A stretch of DNA of 56,449 bases from Candidatus Omnitrophota bacterium (lineage in GTDB: Bacteria > Omnitrophota > JACPQZ01). A program made the translations under genes and the position numbers. A model generated the notes under the pieces. It did no database searches and was not told the DNA's origin. It was given only the letters and a program-made list of their open reading frames with translations. The DNA lies in contig JACPQZ010000033.1 in NCBI GenBank assembly GCA_016190205.1, forward strand, positions 1-56,449, in the 5' to 3' direction. Numbering within the stretch: position 1 is the stretch's first letter; each line of letters starts with the position of its first letter. Positions 9,728 to 18,824 of the stretch are shown piece after piece.

Positions 9728-10791
9728 TTATTACACGTACCCCCTTCAGGCTATCCCTGTTTGGGGGCGGAACCGACTATCCGGCTTGGTATCTCAAAAA
9801 CGGGGGACTCGTGATCGCCACTTCAATGGCCTATTACTGCTACATCTCCTGCCGTTTCCTCACCCCGTTCTTTGATTATAAAACCCGTGTGGTTTATTCG
9901 GAAATCGAAGCGGTGAAGGAGCACAAAGATATCCGGCACCCGGCCGCCCGCGCCTGTCTCGAATTTTTGGAGATGGAGAAGGGGATCGAGATCCACCACG
10001 ACGGTGATCTGCCGGCCCGCACGGGGATCGGATCGAGTTCGAGCTTCACGGTGGGACTTCTGGCTGCCCTGCACGGGCTCCGCCACGAGATGCTGACGAA
10101 GGAACGGCTGGCTGAGGAAGCCATTCATATCGAGCAACGAGTCCTGAATGAAAATGTCGGGATACAGGATCAAATCCTCGCTGCCTACGGAGGATTGCGC
10201 GTTATTGAGATGGGTCCGGGACCGGACTATTGCGTCACGCCCCTGATCCTTGCTCCGGATTATTTGCGTGAGCTTCAGGATCATATCCTGCTGGGCTTTA
10301 CGGGCATCACGCGCGTGGCGTCTACTATCGCGAGCAAGTATATCAAGGTGATGGAAAAAAAAGACGATCGTTTTGATGAGATGCACTCGATCACCCGGGA
10401 GGCCCTGGGCACGTTGAGGCAGAACAGGGATCTGGAACGGATCGGCCGCCTCCTGCACAGGTCCTGGATGCTCAAGCGCTCGCTTGCCGGGGATGTCACA
10501 CGTCCGGAGATCGACGCGCTCTATGAGGCGGGCAGGAGGGCCGGCGCATACGGCGGGAAGCTGCTGGGCGCGGGCGGGGGCGGATTTATGATGTTCTTGG
10601 CGCCGCCGGAGTGCCACGAACGCATTTGGGCGGCGCTCCCGCAGATTAAGACGTGGGTGCCGTTTCGGATGGACAACCAGGGGTCCCAGATCGTCTTTTA
10701 TCACGACGGGTATTCGTACGGACAGGACGGTAAGCCGTTACGCGAAATAGCGCAGGGGGTTACCCACGAGGAGAGCGAGAGGACTTTATAA
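9724..10791 (+). CDS. hddA: GHMP kinase, D-glycero-D-manno-heptose-7-phosphate kinase-like
   Basis: TRTPFRLSLFGGGTD, LPARTGIGSSSS, GIQDQ, GGKLLGAGGGG. Confidence 0.85.
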   Translation: MIITRTPFRLSLFGGGTDYPAWYLKNGGLVIATSMAYYCYISCRFLTPFFDYKTRVVYSEIEAVKEHKDIRHPAARACLEFLEMEKGIEIHHDGDLPARTGIGSSSSFTVGLLAALHGLRHEMLTKERLAEEAIHIEQRVLNENVGIQDQILAAYGGLRVIEMGPGPDYCVTPLILAPDYLRELQDHILLGFTGITRVASTIASKYIKVMEKKDDRFDEMHSITREALGTLRQNRDLERIGRLLHRSWMLKRSLAGDVTRPEIDALYEAGRRAGAYGGKLLGAGGGGFMMFLAPPECHERIWAALPQIKTWVPFRMDNQGSQIVFYHDGYSYGQDGKPLREIAQGVTHEESERTL

Positions 10792-10818
10792 GGAGCGATT
10801 GATTACGGAGGGCTTACA

Positions 10819-11580
10819 TTGGAACAGGATACGAAGCTTCGCGAATGGACGCACGAAAGTACCCAGGAAAGTGAACTTCGAAAGGATCTTACCCAATTGC
10901 TTAGGGAGTGTCCGATCGAGGATGAGCAGCTCCTTTCAAATTTAGGACTTTTCATAGAATCCAAAAATTTGGCTCGGATCCTTTTCATGAATTTTCTGTT
11001 TCGGAAGATTGTTGATGTGCATGGAAGTGTTATAGAGTTCGGAACACGTTGGGGGCAGAACCTTGCCCTCTTCGCGGCCCTTCGGGGTATTTACGATCCC
11101 TTTAACCGTCACCGAAAAATCATAGGGTTCGACACATTTGCAGGCTTTCCTTCCGTGGCGCGTCAGGACGGCCGAGGCGAAATGATGGCCCCGGGCAATG
11201 TGTCCGTAACACAAGGGTACGACAAGTACCTGACCCGCATCCTCGAGGTACATGAGGCCTTGAATCCGTTGTCCCACATTAAAAAATTTGAACTCAGGAT
11301 CGGTGACGCAACGGTCGAGATTGACCGGTATCTGAAAGAGGCGCCCGAAACGATCGTGGCGCTTGCCTATTTTGATTTTGACATCTATGAACCGACCAAA
11401 AAGTGCATCGAGGCCATTCGGCCCCGGCTGACGAAGGGAAGCGTTGTGGCCTTTGATGAGCTGAACGATCCTGACGCCCCCGGGGAGACGCTGGCCCTCA
11501 TGGAGACGCTGGGGCTCAACAATGTCCGGCTGCGGCGCTTCCCGCGCGCATCCAGGACTTCGTACATCATCCTGGAGTAG
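10819..11580 (+). CDS. TylF/MycF/NovP-like sugar O-methyltransferase family protein
   Basis: VIEFGTRWG, GFDTFAGF, YFDFDIYEPTK, AFDE; TTG start after GGAGG. Confidence 0.75.
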   Translation: MEQDTKLREWTHESTQESELRKDLTQLLRECPIEDEQLLSNLGLFIESKNLARILFMNFLFRKIVDVHGSVIEFGTRWGQNLALFAALRGIYDPFNRHRKIIGFDTFAGFPSVARQDGRGEMMAPGNVSVTQGYDKYLTRILEVHEALNPLSHIKKFELRIGDATVEIDRYLKEAPETIVALAYFDFDIYEPTKKCIEAIRPRLTKGSVVAFDELNDPDAPGETLALMETLGLNNVRLRRFPRASRTSYIILE

Positions 11581-11643
11581 CCCTGATCTCTTGGAGGTTG
11601 TTCCGGGTGCGGAACCTTTGCAATCGCTCAACAGGTAGGATTC

Positions 11644-13299
11644 ATGCTGACCAAGCCATTGGGTAAGACCTCGATTCGGATACCGCTGATCGTCCAGGGC
11701 ATGGGTGACTTGTCCTGGGATAGTCAGGGCGCGCTGGATGGATACGTAAGCTTGCTCCGCAGAGGGATTGAGCACGGGCTCAACTGCATTGATACTGCAG
11801 AGACCTACGGTCAGGGGGTGTCCGAGGAAATCGTGGGTAAGGCCATTCGGGGTATGAGGGATAAAGTGCTTATCGCCACGAAATTTTCGGCTGAACACAG
11901 CTCTTTCAGGGACGTCCTTAAGGCGGCCGAGGGGAGTCTGAAGCGGCTGGGGACGGACCGAATTGATCTTTATCAGGTTCACTGGTCTAATCCGACCGTG
12001 CCTATCGCCGAAACGATGGGGGCGCTCAAGCGCCTGGCCGACACCGGGAAGGTCCGGTGCGTGGGGGTGTGCAATTATACGCTCAAGGAACTCAAAGAGG
12101 CGCAGGAGGCGCTGGGGGAAGAGCGCATCGCGTCGTTTCAGGGAGAGTACAATTTGTTCGAACGCACGATCAAGTCGGCGGGTTTCCTGCGGCACTTGGA
12201 AGAAGGCGGCATCACCATGATGGCTTACAGCCCCCTGGCCAACGCGCATTTTTCCGCCATGGAAAGCGGGCAACTGAATGTGCTGCGTTCGATTGCCGAG
12301 AAGCACTCCAAAACGGTCACGCAGGTGATATTGAGGTGGATCGTCAGCGAGCCTTCGGTGGTGGCTATTGTGAGGACGAGCTGTGAAGCACATCTGCTCG
12401 AGAACGCGCGCAGTGCGGATTTTGAACTGACAGCGGGAGAAATCGACAGGATTGAGCGCGCGTTTCCTTTTGAGATCACCCATGTGCCTACCGACCGGAT
12501 TCGCGTTTCGGCGCCGGCGGGCGAGGGCCGCTCCGGCTATCGGACTGTTGAAGAGGCGGTTCAAAACCGCGGTGGATTTGTACCCGCTCCCACGGAGCTT
12601 GCAGAGGCCGTCAAGCGAGGCGATTTTTTGAAGCCCGTTCAGTTGGAGTGCGCGTCGGAGGGAGAACACGATTATGAACTTGTGGGGGGAAGGATCCGTT
12701 ATTGGGCGTGGGTTATCGCCCATGGGGGCAGGATTCCCATTCCCGCCATTGTGCGGAACAGTCGTGCGAAGGGTGAGAGCGGACTTCGGGTTTCGCCCGC
12801 CCAGCTCGACGGGGTACGGGTCATCACGCCCCCGACCGTTTTTGAAGACTTCAGGGGGACGTATGTCGAGACCTACAACGAAAAGCTTTATCGGGAGGCC
12901 GGGATTGACGTTCATTTTGTCCAGGATGATATTTCCTGCTCCGCGAGGCACGTCCTGCGCGGGATCCACGGTGATGGGGAAACCTGGAAGCTGGTCTCCT
13001 GTTTGGCGGGGGAGTTCTACCTGGTGGTGGTGAACCAGGATAAAGGTTCGGGGCAGTATGGACGGTGGCAGTCCTTTATTCTGTCCGAACAGAATAAGCT
13101 GCAAGTGCTCATTCCGCCGAAGTTCGGAAATGGCCATCTGGTGCTAAGCGAGCGGGCCATCTTCCATTATAAGCAGTCCACCTACTATAACCGCGCAGGT
13201 CAATTTACGCTGCGCTGGAACGATCCGAAGCTCAAGATTAGGTGGCCTGTCCAAAAACCCATTTTGTCTGAGAGGGACGAAGGGTCGAACGGTGTTTAA
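11644..13299 (+). CDS. Fusion: aldo/keto reductase + ParB/Srx-like segment + RmlC-type (dTDP-4-dehydrorhamnose 3,5-epimerase family) cupin
   Basis: AKR motifs DTAETYG, ATKF, DLYQVHW. Middle segment ELAEAVKRGDFLKPV...YELVGGRIRYWA. C-term FEDFRG, VLRGIH, KLVSC, IPPKFGNG, YKQS, LRWNDP, PILSERD. Confidence 0.85.
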   Translation: MLTKPLGKTSIRIPLIVQGMGDLSWDSQGALDGYVSLLRRGIEHGLNCIDTAETYGQGVSEEIVGKAIRGMRDKVLIATKFSAEHSSFRDVLKAAEGSLKRLGTDRIDLYQVHWSNPTVPIAETMGALKRLADTGKVRCVGVCNYTLKELKEAQEALGEERIASFQGEYNLFERTIKSAGFLRHLEEGGITMMAYSPLANAHFSAMESGQLNVLRSIAEKHSKTVTQVILRWIVSEPSVVAIVRTSCEAHLLENARSADFELTAGEIDRIERAFPFEITHVPTDRIRVSAPAGEGRSGYRTVEEAVQNRGGFVPAPTELAEAVKRGDFLKPVQLECASEGEHDYELVGGRIRYWAWVIAHGGRIPIPAIVRNSRAKGESGLRVSPAQLDGVRVITPPTVFEDFRGTYVETYNEKLYREAGIDVHFVQDDISCSARHVLRGIHGDGETWKLVSCLAGEFYLVVVNQDKGSGQYGRWQSFILSEQNKLQVLIPPKFGNGHLVLSERAIFHYKQSTYYNRAGQFTLRWNDPKLKIRWPVQKPILSERDEGSNGV

Positions 13300-14284
13300 G
13301 GATCAGAAGATATTGGTTGCGGGGGGAACGGGTTTTATCGGATCCAATCTCATCCTGAGGCTTCTCGCGGAAGGCTCAAGCATCCGGTCCACCCTCCACC
13401 GGCGCCCCGCCATTGTCACCGATGACCGCGTTGAGTATACAAAAGCGGATCTTACCCGGATGGAGGATTGTGTGCGGGCGGTCGAGGGGGTGGATATGGT
13501 CTTCATGTGCGCGGCGAATACGTCGGGCGCCGGCGTGATCGCCCGCACGCCGCTGGTCCATCTGACTCCCAACGTGGTCATGAACGCGCAAATGTTGGAC
13601 GCGGCCTATGCCGCCCGGGTCAAAAAATTTGTCTTTATCAGCAGCAGTGTGGTCTATCCGCCGTCGGGTGAGCGTCCCGTGAAAGAGGAGGAGGCATTTC
13701 TGGGGGACCCCTACGAGACTTACTACGTCGCCGGGTGGATGAAACGGTACACGGAGATCATGTGCAAGACGTACGCCGAAAAGATCAAGGAGCCCATGAC
13801 CACCGTAGTGATCAGGCCCTCCAACATCTACGGCCCGTACGATGACTACGACTTCCGTACGTCGCACATGGCGGCGGCCCTGATTCGGCGGGTGGCGGAA
13901 AGACAGGCCCCCATCGAGGTTTGGGGGACCGGGGGGGATGTCAGGGATTTAATCTATATTGATGATTTCTTGGAGGGCATGCTGCTCGCCGTCCGCAAAA
14001 CGGATCGACATAATGTGATCAATATCGCGGGCGGCCGGGGGTATTCCGTCCAGCAGGTTCTCGAGACCCTTCTGGAGGTCGACGGGTACCGGGGTGCGGA
14101 TGTGCGCTTCGATCCTTCCAAGCCGGCGATGATTCCCATTTTATTAGTCAGCGCTGCGCGCGCGGAACGAGAGCTGGGCTTTAGAGCCAAGATAGGCCTC
14201 AGGGAAGGGGTACGGCGGACCCTTGCGTGGTACCGCGCCGCCCGCGGCGTGCCAACCGCGGTCGAATCCGCGAGGACCGGATGA
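13292..14284 (+). CDS. Extended SDR, GDP-L-fucose synthase (Fcl)-like epimerase/reductase with atypical active site
   Basis: GGTGFIG, RPSNIYGPYD, SHMAAALI, VWGTG..RDLIYIDD; AGWMK in place of YxxxK. Confidence 0.82.
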   Translation: MFKDQKILVAGGTGFIGSNLILRLLAEGSSIRSTLHRRPAIVTDDRVEYTKADLTRMEDCVRAVEGVDMVFMCAANTSGAGVIARTPLVHLTPNVVMNAQMLDAAYAARVKKFVFISSSVVYPPSGERPVKEEEAFLGDPYETYYVAGWMKRYTEIMCKTYAEKIKEPMTTVVIRPSNIYGPYDDYDFRTSHMAAALIRRVAERQAPIEVWGTGGDVRDLIYIDDFLEGMLLAVRKTDRHNVINIAGGRGYSVQQVLETLLEVDGYRGADVRFDPSKPAMIPILLVSAARAERELGFRAKIGLREGVRRTLAWYRAARGVPTAVESARTG

Positions 14285-16140
14285 TGCCGGCCAACCAGAG
14301 GCGCGTGCTCGTTGCGGGGGCCGCAGGTTCGGAAAAACTTTTGCCCTTTTACTGGCGCATTGCCGTCAGGCCCAATCTGGGTCAGGCGGTCTTTCTGGTC
14401 CTGCTCATGCTCGGGGGGGCTTTGATCGAGGCGTTTACCATTGGTCTCAGCATCCCGCTCGTTGATCTTTTGATGGATCCGGCCAAGGCGGCGCAAGGCG
14501 GGACGTTGGCGGTCATGTCTTCCGTTCTTTCCTTCATGGGGATTAACCCGGAAACGAACACCGTCGTATTCGCCCTCCTTCTGGTGGCGATGATCCTTTT
14601 CGTGTTCCGGGGCGGCGTGGCCCTGCTGACCCGCTGTATGACGGCGGGGGTTGCCATCCGTCTGAAGCGGCGCATCAAGTCGCTGCTGTTCGGAAAGGCC
14701 ATGAACGCCCGTTATGAGGATATCAGTAAGCGGGCACGCGGCGCCCTCGTGCATGACATCACCATTCCGTCGGACGCGATTCACACATCCATTATCAATC
14801 TGGGCGAGCTGTTTACCGCTTTTTTTAACTGCGCCGTCATGGTCGGGCTCTTGATACATATCTCGTGGTGGGCCTCTCTATTGGTGGCCCTGCTTGCCTA
14901 CGGGGGGCTTAAGACGTGGGGAAAACTGTGCGAACGCCCGGCGACCTCTTGCGGGCGCATGCTGTATGACTCCCAGAGGGCACAAGCCAAGCTTGAACTG
15001 GATGCGGTAGACGGCCTGAAGATCGTGAAGGCCTATGGGCTCGAGCGGGACATGGTCACCCGGCAACAGGCGCTGCTCGATTTAGAGGTCAAACCGACGG
15101 TTAAGCTGGCTTTTTTTAGATATGGCAACGGTCTGATGCACGAAATCATCATTGGTTCGGCGATCGTAGGCTTGGGCACCGCAACGTTCCTTCTGCCGTC
15201 GCTGGGATTTCGTTTTTCGATGCTGGCGGCCTTCTTGCTGGCTACGCGGCGCATCGCCCCGTCACTTACGAGCATCAATGCCGTGTGGGTCGAATTGAGC
15301 CGCAAGAAAAGAAGTCTGGAGGTTGTGGACGAGTTTTTGCATCACCTTCCGCAGCAGCGCGAGGGGGGGCGCATCCCGGACACGATCGAGACCGTTGCCA
15401 TCGAGCGGCTGTCATTTTCCTATGCCTCGAATCCGGATCGACAGGTGCTGAAAGATGTAAGCATCCGTATGCGAAAAGGGACAGCGACCGCTCTGGTGGG
15501 ATCCACGGGGGCCGGCAAGAGCACGATTGTAAGTCTCCTCATGGGCCTGTACGAGCCGTCGCAGGGTGCGATTCATGTGAACAATGAGGATTTGACTCGT
15601 GTCAATCTTGCCGCCTGGCGACATAGGGTGGGCTATGTCTCCCAGGACATTTTTGTATTTAATGAGAGTATCAAAGATAACATTGCTTTGGGGTATCAGG
15701 ACGTTCCGCAGGACCGGATTGAGTGGGCGGCCCGGATCGCCCAGCTGCACGATTACATCATCTCCCTCCCTGAAGGGTATGACACGGTTGTAGGTGATCG
15801 CGGGCTCCGCCTGTCGGGCGGGCAATGTCAGCGGCTGGCGATTGCCCGTGCTATTTTCAGAAGGCCCGAAGTCCTCATCTTCGATGAAGCGACGAGCGCG
15901 CTCGACAATCTCACCGAGCGGGCAGTCTATGAGGCCTTCAGCGCCATGCATCGCGATGCCATCATCCTGATTGTAGCGCATCGGTTGAGCACGGTCAGGG
16001 CGGCGGATCAGATCCTGGTCATTGAGTCCGGAAAGATTGTGGAAGAGGGCCTCCACGCGGAGCTCATGAATCGGGGCGGGGTCTACGCAAGGCTCTACGA
16101 TGAGAATCGCGTTCTGGCCGCGCAGGGGGCGCCGGGATGA
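14281..16140 (+). CDS. ABC transporter permease/ATPase, PglK/MsbA-like putative lipid-linked glycan flippase
   Basis: N-terminal TM helices; Walker A GSTGAGKS; LSGGQ; Walker B LIFDEATSALD; VAHR. ATG 14281 overlaps the upstream stop. Confidence 0.9.
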   Translation: MMPANQRRVLVAGAAGSEKLLPFYWRIAVRPNLGQAVFLVLLMLGGALIEAFTIGLSIPLVDLLMDPAKAAQGGTLAVMSSVLSFMGINPETNTVVFALLLVAMILFVFRGGVALLTRCMTAGVAIRLKRRIKSLLFGKAMNARYEDISKRARGALVHDITIPSDAIHTSIINLGELFTAFFNCAVMVGLLIHISWWASLLVALLAYGGLKTWGKLCERPATSCGRMLYDSQRAQAKLELDAVDGLKIVKAYGLERDMVTRQQALLDLEVKPTVKLAFFRYGNGLMHEIIIGSAIVGLGTATFLLPSLGFRFSMLAAFLLATRRIAPSLTSINAVWVELSRKKRSLEVVDEFLHHLPQQREGGRIPDTIETVAIERLSFSYASNPDRQVLKDVSIRMRKGTATALVGSTGAGKSTIVSLLMGLYEPSQGAIHVNNEDLTRVNLAAWRHRVGYVSQDIFVFNESIKDNIALGYQDVPQDRIEWAARIAQLHDYIISLPEGYDTVVGDRGLRLSGGQCQRLAIARAIFRRPEVLIFDEATSALDNLTERAVYEAFSAMHRDAIILIVAHRLSTVRAADQILVIESGKIVEEGLHAELMNRGGVYARLYDENRVLAAQGAPG

Positions 16141-17381
16141 AGTGGCGACCGGCACAGGCGGTGATACTCGCGGGGGGGAGGGGGACGCGGCTCAGTCCGC
16201 TCACCGATACACGGCCCAAGCCCATGATCGAATTTCATTCCAAGCCCTTCTTGGAATATTTGATCGAGCTTTTTTGTGACAGGGGTGTGCGCCGCGTGCT
16301 CCTGCTGCTGGGTTATCTGCCGGAGGTGATTCAGGATTATTTCGGTGACGGCCGCAGATGGGGATTGCATATCGAGTATTCCGTCACACCCGTAGAGGAT
16401 GAGACCGGTACGCGCTTGCGCCGCGCCGCATCGCGCCTCGACCCCGTATTTCTCCTGGCCTATGCGGACAATTATTGGCCCCTTCCCTTTGAGGAGATGT
16501 GGAATCGGTTTTCGGCTTCCGATGTTGAGAGCCAGGTCACGATCTACGCCAACCGTGACGGGTATACAAAAGATAATGTGTCGGTCGATCCGGAAGGATT
16601 CGTGACCGTTTATGACAAGGGCCGGTCCCTCCCGGGGCTCAAGGGTGTGGAAATCGGATTTACCTTCCTGCGCCGCGAGGTCTTAAACCTTTTGCCCGAG
16701 GGCAATGTCTCCTTCGAAAAGACGGTATTCCCTGCGCTCGCCAGCCGGCGTCAAATGAAGGCCTTCTGGACGGAGCATCGTTACTATAGCGTGGGCGATT
16801 TTGCCCGGCTTGGGATCACGGAAGAGTTCCTGGCTCGCAGACCCACCCTGCTGGTCGATAGGGACGGCGTGCTCAACCGCAAGGCCCCGCGCGGGGAATA
16901 CGTGCGCACACCCGGCGAATTTGAGTGGCTCCCCGGCTCGCTGGAGGCGCTGCGCCTTTTGCGCGACGCAGGCTACAGGGTCATCGTCATCTCAAATCAG
17001 GCGGGTATCGCAAGGGGTTTTATGACGGAACGGGATCTGGAAAAGGTTCATGAGCGCATGCACCGCGACACGGAACGGGCAGGGGGTAAGATCGAGGCCG
17101 TGTACACCTGCCCGCATGGGTGGGACGAAGGCTGTGAGTGCAGGAAGCCCCGGCCCGGGCTCTTATTGCGAGCGCAGCGGGAATTCCATCTCGATTTAAC
17201 GAGGACCGTTTTCGTCGGGGACGACAAACGGGACGTTGAGGCCGGCCGTGCGGCCGGGTGCCCCACCTTCCTGGTCTCACCCGAAACATCTTTGAACGCG
17301 TATGTCCGCCGTCATATTGATTCCGGAGAAATTCAGATCAAACAAGCCAAGGTGAGAACGCTATGGAACGCATCCTTATAA
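16137..17381 (+). CDS. gmhB: Fusion: HddC-like sugar-1-phosphate nucleotidyltransferase + GmhB heptose-bisphosphate phosphatase
   Basis: ILAGGRGTRL...PKPM (NTP transferase), then DRDGVLN, SNQAGI, CPH...CECRKP, VGD (GmhB HAD with Zn site). Confidence 0.9.
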   Translation: MKWRPAQAVILAGGRGTRLSPLTDTRPKPMIEFHSKPFLEYLIELFCDRGVRRVLLLLGYLPEVIQDYFGDGRRWGLHIEYSVTPVEDETGTRLRRAASRLDPVFLLAYADNYWPLPFEEMWNRFSASDVESQVTIYANRDGYTKDNVSVDPEGFVTVYDKGRSLPGLKGVEIGFTFLRREVLNLLPEGNVSFEKTVFPALASRRQMKAFWTEHRYYSVGDFARLGITEEFLARRPTLLVDRDGVLNRKAPRGEYVRTPGEFEWLPGSLEALRLLRDAGYRVIVISNQAGIARGFMTERDLEKVHERMHRDTERAGGKIEAVYTCPHGWDEGCECRKPRPGLLLRAQREFHLDLTRTVFVGDDKRDVEAGRAAGCPTFLVSPETSLNAYVRRHIDSGEIQIKQAKVRTLWNASL

Positions 17382-18382
17382 CGGGTATAACGGGTTTTGT
17401 CGGCTCGCATATGGCCGATTACGTCCTGGAGAAAGGACATGAGGTGTACGGTCTGAAGCGGTGGCATCATTCGCGCTTGGATCGCATCCGTCACGTTAAG
17501 GAACGCATCACACTCTTGGATTGTGATATCACGGATCCGATCGCCGTCCGTAAAGTCGTGGAACGTACCCGTCCGGACAAGATCTTCCATTGCGCGGCCG
17601 AGAGCTTTGTGAGTCCATCTTGGGACCACCCATCGCACTATATGGACGTCAATTACAAAGGAACCCTTCATTTTCTGGAAGCCCTGCGTGTGCTCTCGCC
17701 GAAGACGCGCATTCACATTCCGGGATCGGGTGAGGAATATGGAGAGATTTTTGAGCATGAAATTCCCATCCGTGAGGAGACCGTTTTGCGGCCGGTCAAT
17801 CCTTATGCGGTCAGTAAGGTAGCCCAAGATCTAATCGGTTATGTGTATTTTAGGTCATACGGGATCCCGGTCATTCGAACCCGTTCTTTTAATCACGAGG
17901 GGCCGAGGCGCGACAACGTGTTCGGCATCGCCTGGTACGCCTATCAGATCGCGCGCGTTGAGGCGGGGTTAATGCCGCCTGTTCTGGAGGTAGGCTTCCT
18001 GGATGATCTGCGCAACTTTACCCATATCCGGGATATGGTCGAGGCCTATTGGCTTTCGGTTGAGAAGTGCGAGCCAGGTGAGCTGTATTTGATCGGTTCG
18101 GAGGCACCCGAGCATATTCATACCTTCCGGGAGGCCTTGGAGCGGTTGATCGAAAAGTCCAAGGTCAAGGGCATACGCTATGAGATAAATCCAAAATATG
18201 TGCGGCCCACCAACGTGCCGCGTCTGGTGGGGGATATTCGTAAGTTCAGGGATCGGACCGGCTGGGAGGCTCGTTTGTCCTTCGAGCAGATTTTGGATGA
18301 TACGCTGGACTATTGGCGCGAGGAAGTCGATCGCGAATCCCGCTCGTTTCAATCGGTGAGATTGAGGAATGAACATGATTGA
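17363..18382 (+). CDS. GDP-sugar 4,6-dehydratase (second DmhA/Gmd-like paralog)
   Basis: GITGFVGSHMAD, AAESFV, GSGEEYG, PYAVSK, FNHEGPRR. Confidence 0.85.
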   Translation: MERILITGITGFVGSHMADYVLEKGHEVYGLKRWHHSRLDRIRHVKERITLLDCDITDPIAVRKVVERTRPDKIFHCAAESFVSPSWDHPSHYMDVNYKGTLHFLEALRVLSPKTRIHIPGSGEEYGEIFEHEIPIREETVLRPVNPYAVSKVAQDLIGYVYFRSYGIPVIRTRSFNHEGPRRDNVFGIAWYAYQIARVEAGLMPPVLEVGFLDDLRNFTHIRDMVEAYWLSVEKCEPGELYLIGSEAPEHIHTFREALERLIEKSKVKGIRYEINPKYVRPTNVPRLVGDIRKFRDRTGWEARLSFEQILDDTLDYWREEVDRESRSFQSVRLRNEHD

Positions 18383-18824
18383 CGGCGTGAAAATCGTACC
18401 TCTGCGTCAGATTCCCGATGAGCGCGGGAAGGTCATGCACATGCTCAAAAAGACCGATCCCCACTTTCTCACGTTCGGTGAGATCTATTTTTCGTGCGGA
18501 TTTCCGGGGGCCATCAAGGCATGGCATATCCACAAGCGCATGACCCTTAATAATGCGGTGGTGGTCGGACGTATCAAATTGGTGTTGTATGACGCGCGGG
18601 CGGGTTCGCCGACACGGGGCGAAGTGATGGAGCTATTCATCGGCGAGGACAATTATTGCCTGGTCCAGATTCCCCCGGGCATCGTGAACGGGTATAAGGC
18701 CTATGGCGACACCCCGGCGGTGCTTGCCAACTGTGCCACCGAACCGCATGATCCCGACGAGATCATCCGGATAGACCCAATCAAAAACGATATTCCATAC
18801 AAGTGGGATCTCAAGCATGGCTGA
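18369..18824 (+). CDS. RmlC-like cupin, NDP-4-keto-6-deoxysugar epimerase family
   Basis: IDGVKIVPL, DERG, IKAWHIH, YDAR..SPT, VQIPPG. Confidence 0.85.
   Translation: MNMIDGVKIVPLRQIPDERGKVMHMLKKTDPHFLTFGEIYFSCGFPGAIKAWHIHKRMTLNNAVVVGRIKLVLYDARAGSPTRGEVMELFIGEDNYCLVQIPPGIVNGYKAYGDTPAVLANCATEPHDPDEIIRIDPIKNDIPYKWDLKHG

Noticed and set aside
11600-11619. Hairpin GTTCCG-GGTG-CGGAAC followed by CTTT as an intrinsic terminator
   Set aside because: The 6-bp stem has only three T residues after it and lies mid-operon. It is too weak to call and could be an RNA processing or stability element, or chance.
12481-12760. ParB-like motif as evidence of a plasmid or chromosome partition system
   Set aside because: It is an internal segment of an enzyme fusion. 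No HTH, ParA or parS-like repeats were seen.
10942-13137. 731-aa minus-strand ORF
   Set aside because: Antisense shadow of two well-supported + strand genes that share the same frame. It has no recognisable motifs and the composition typical of antisense translation of GC-biased codons.
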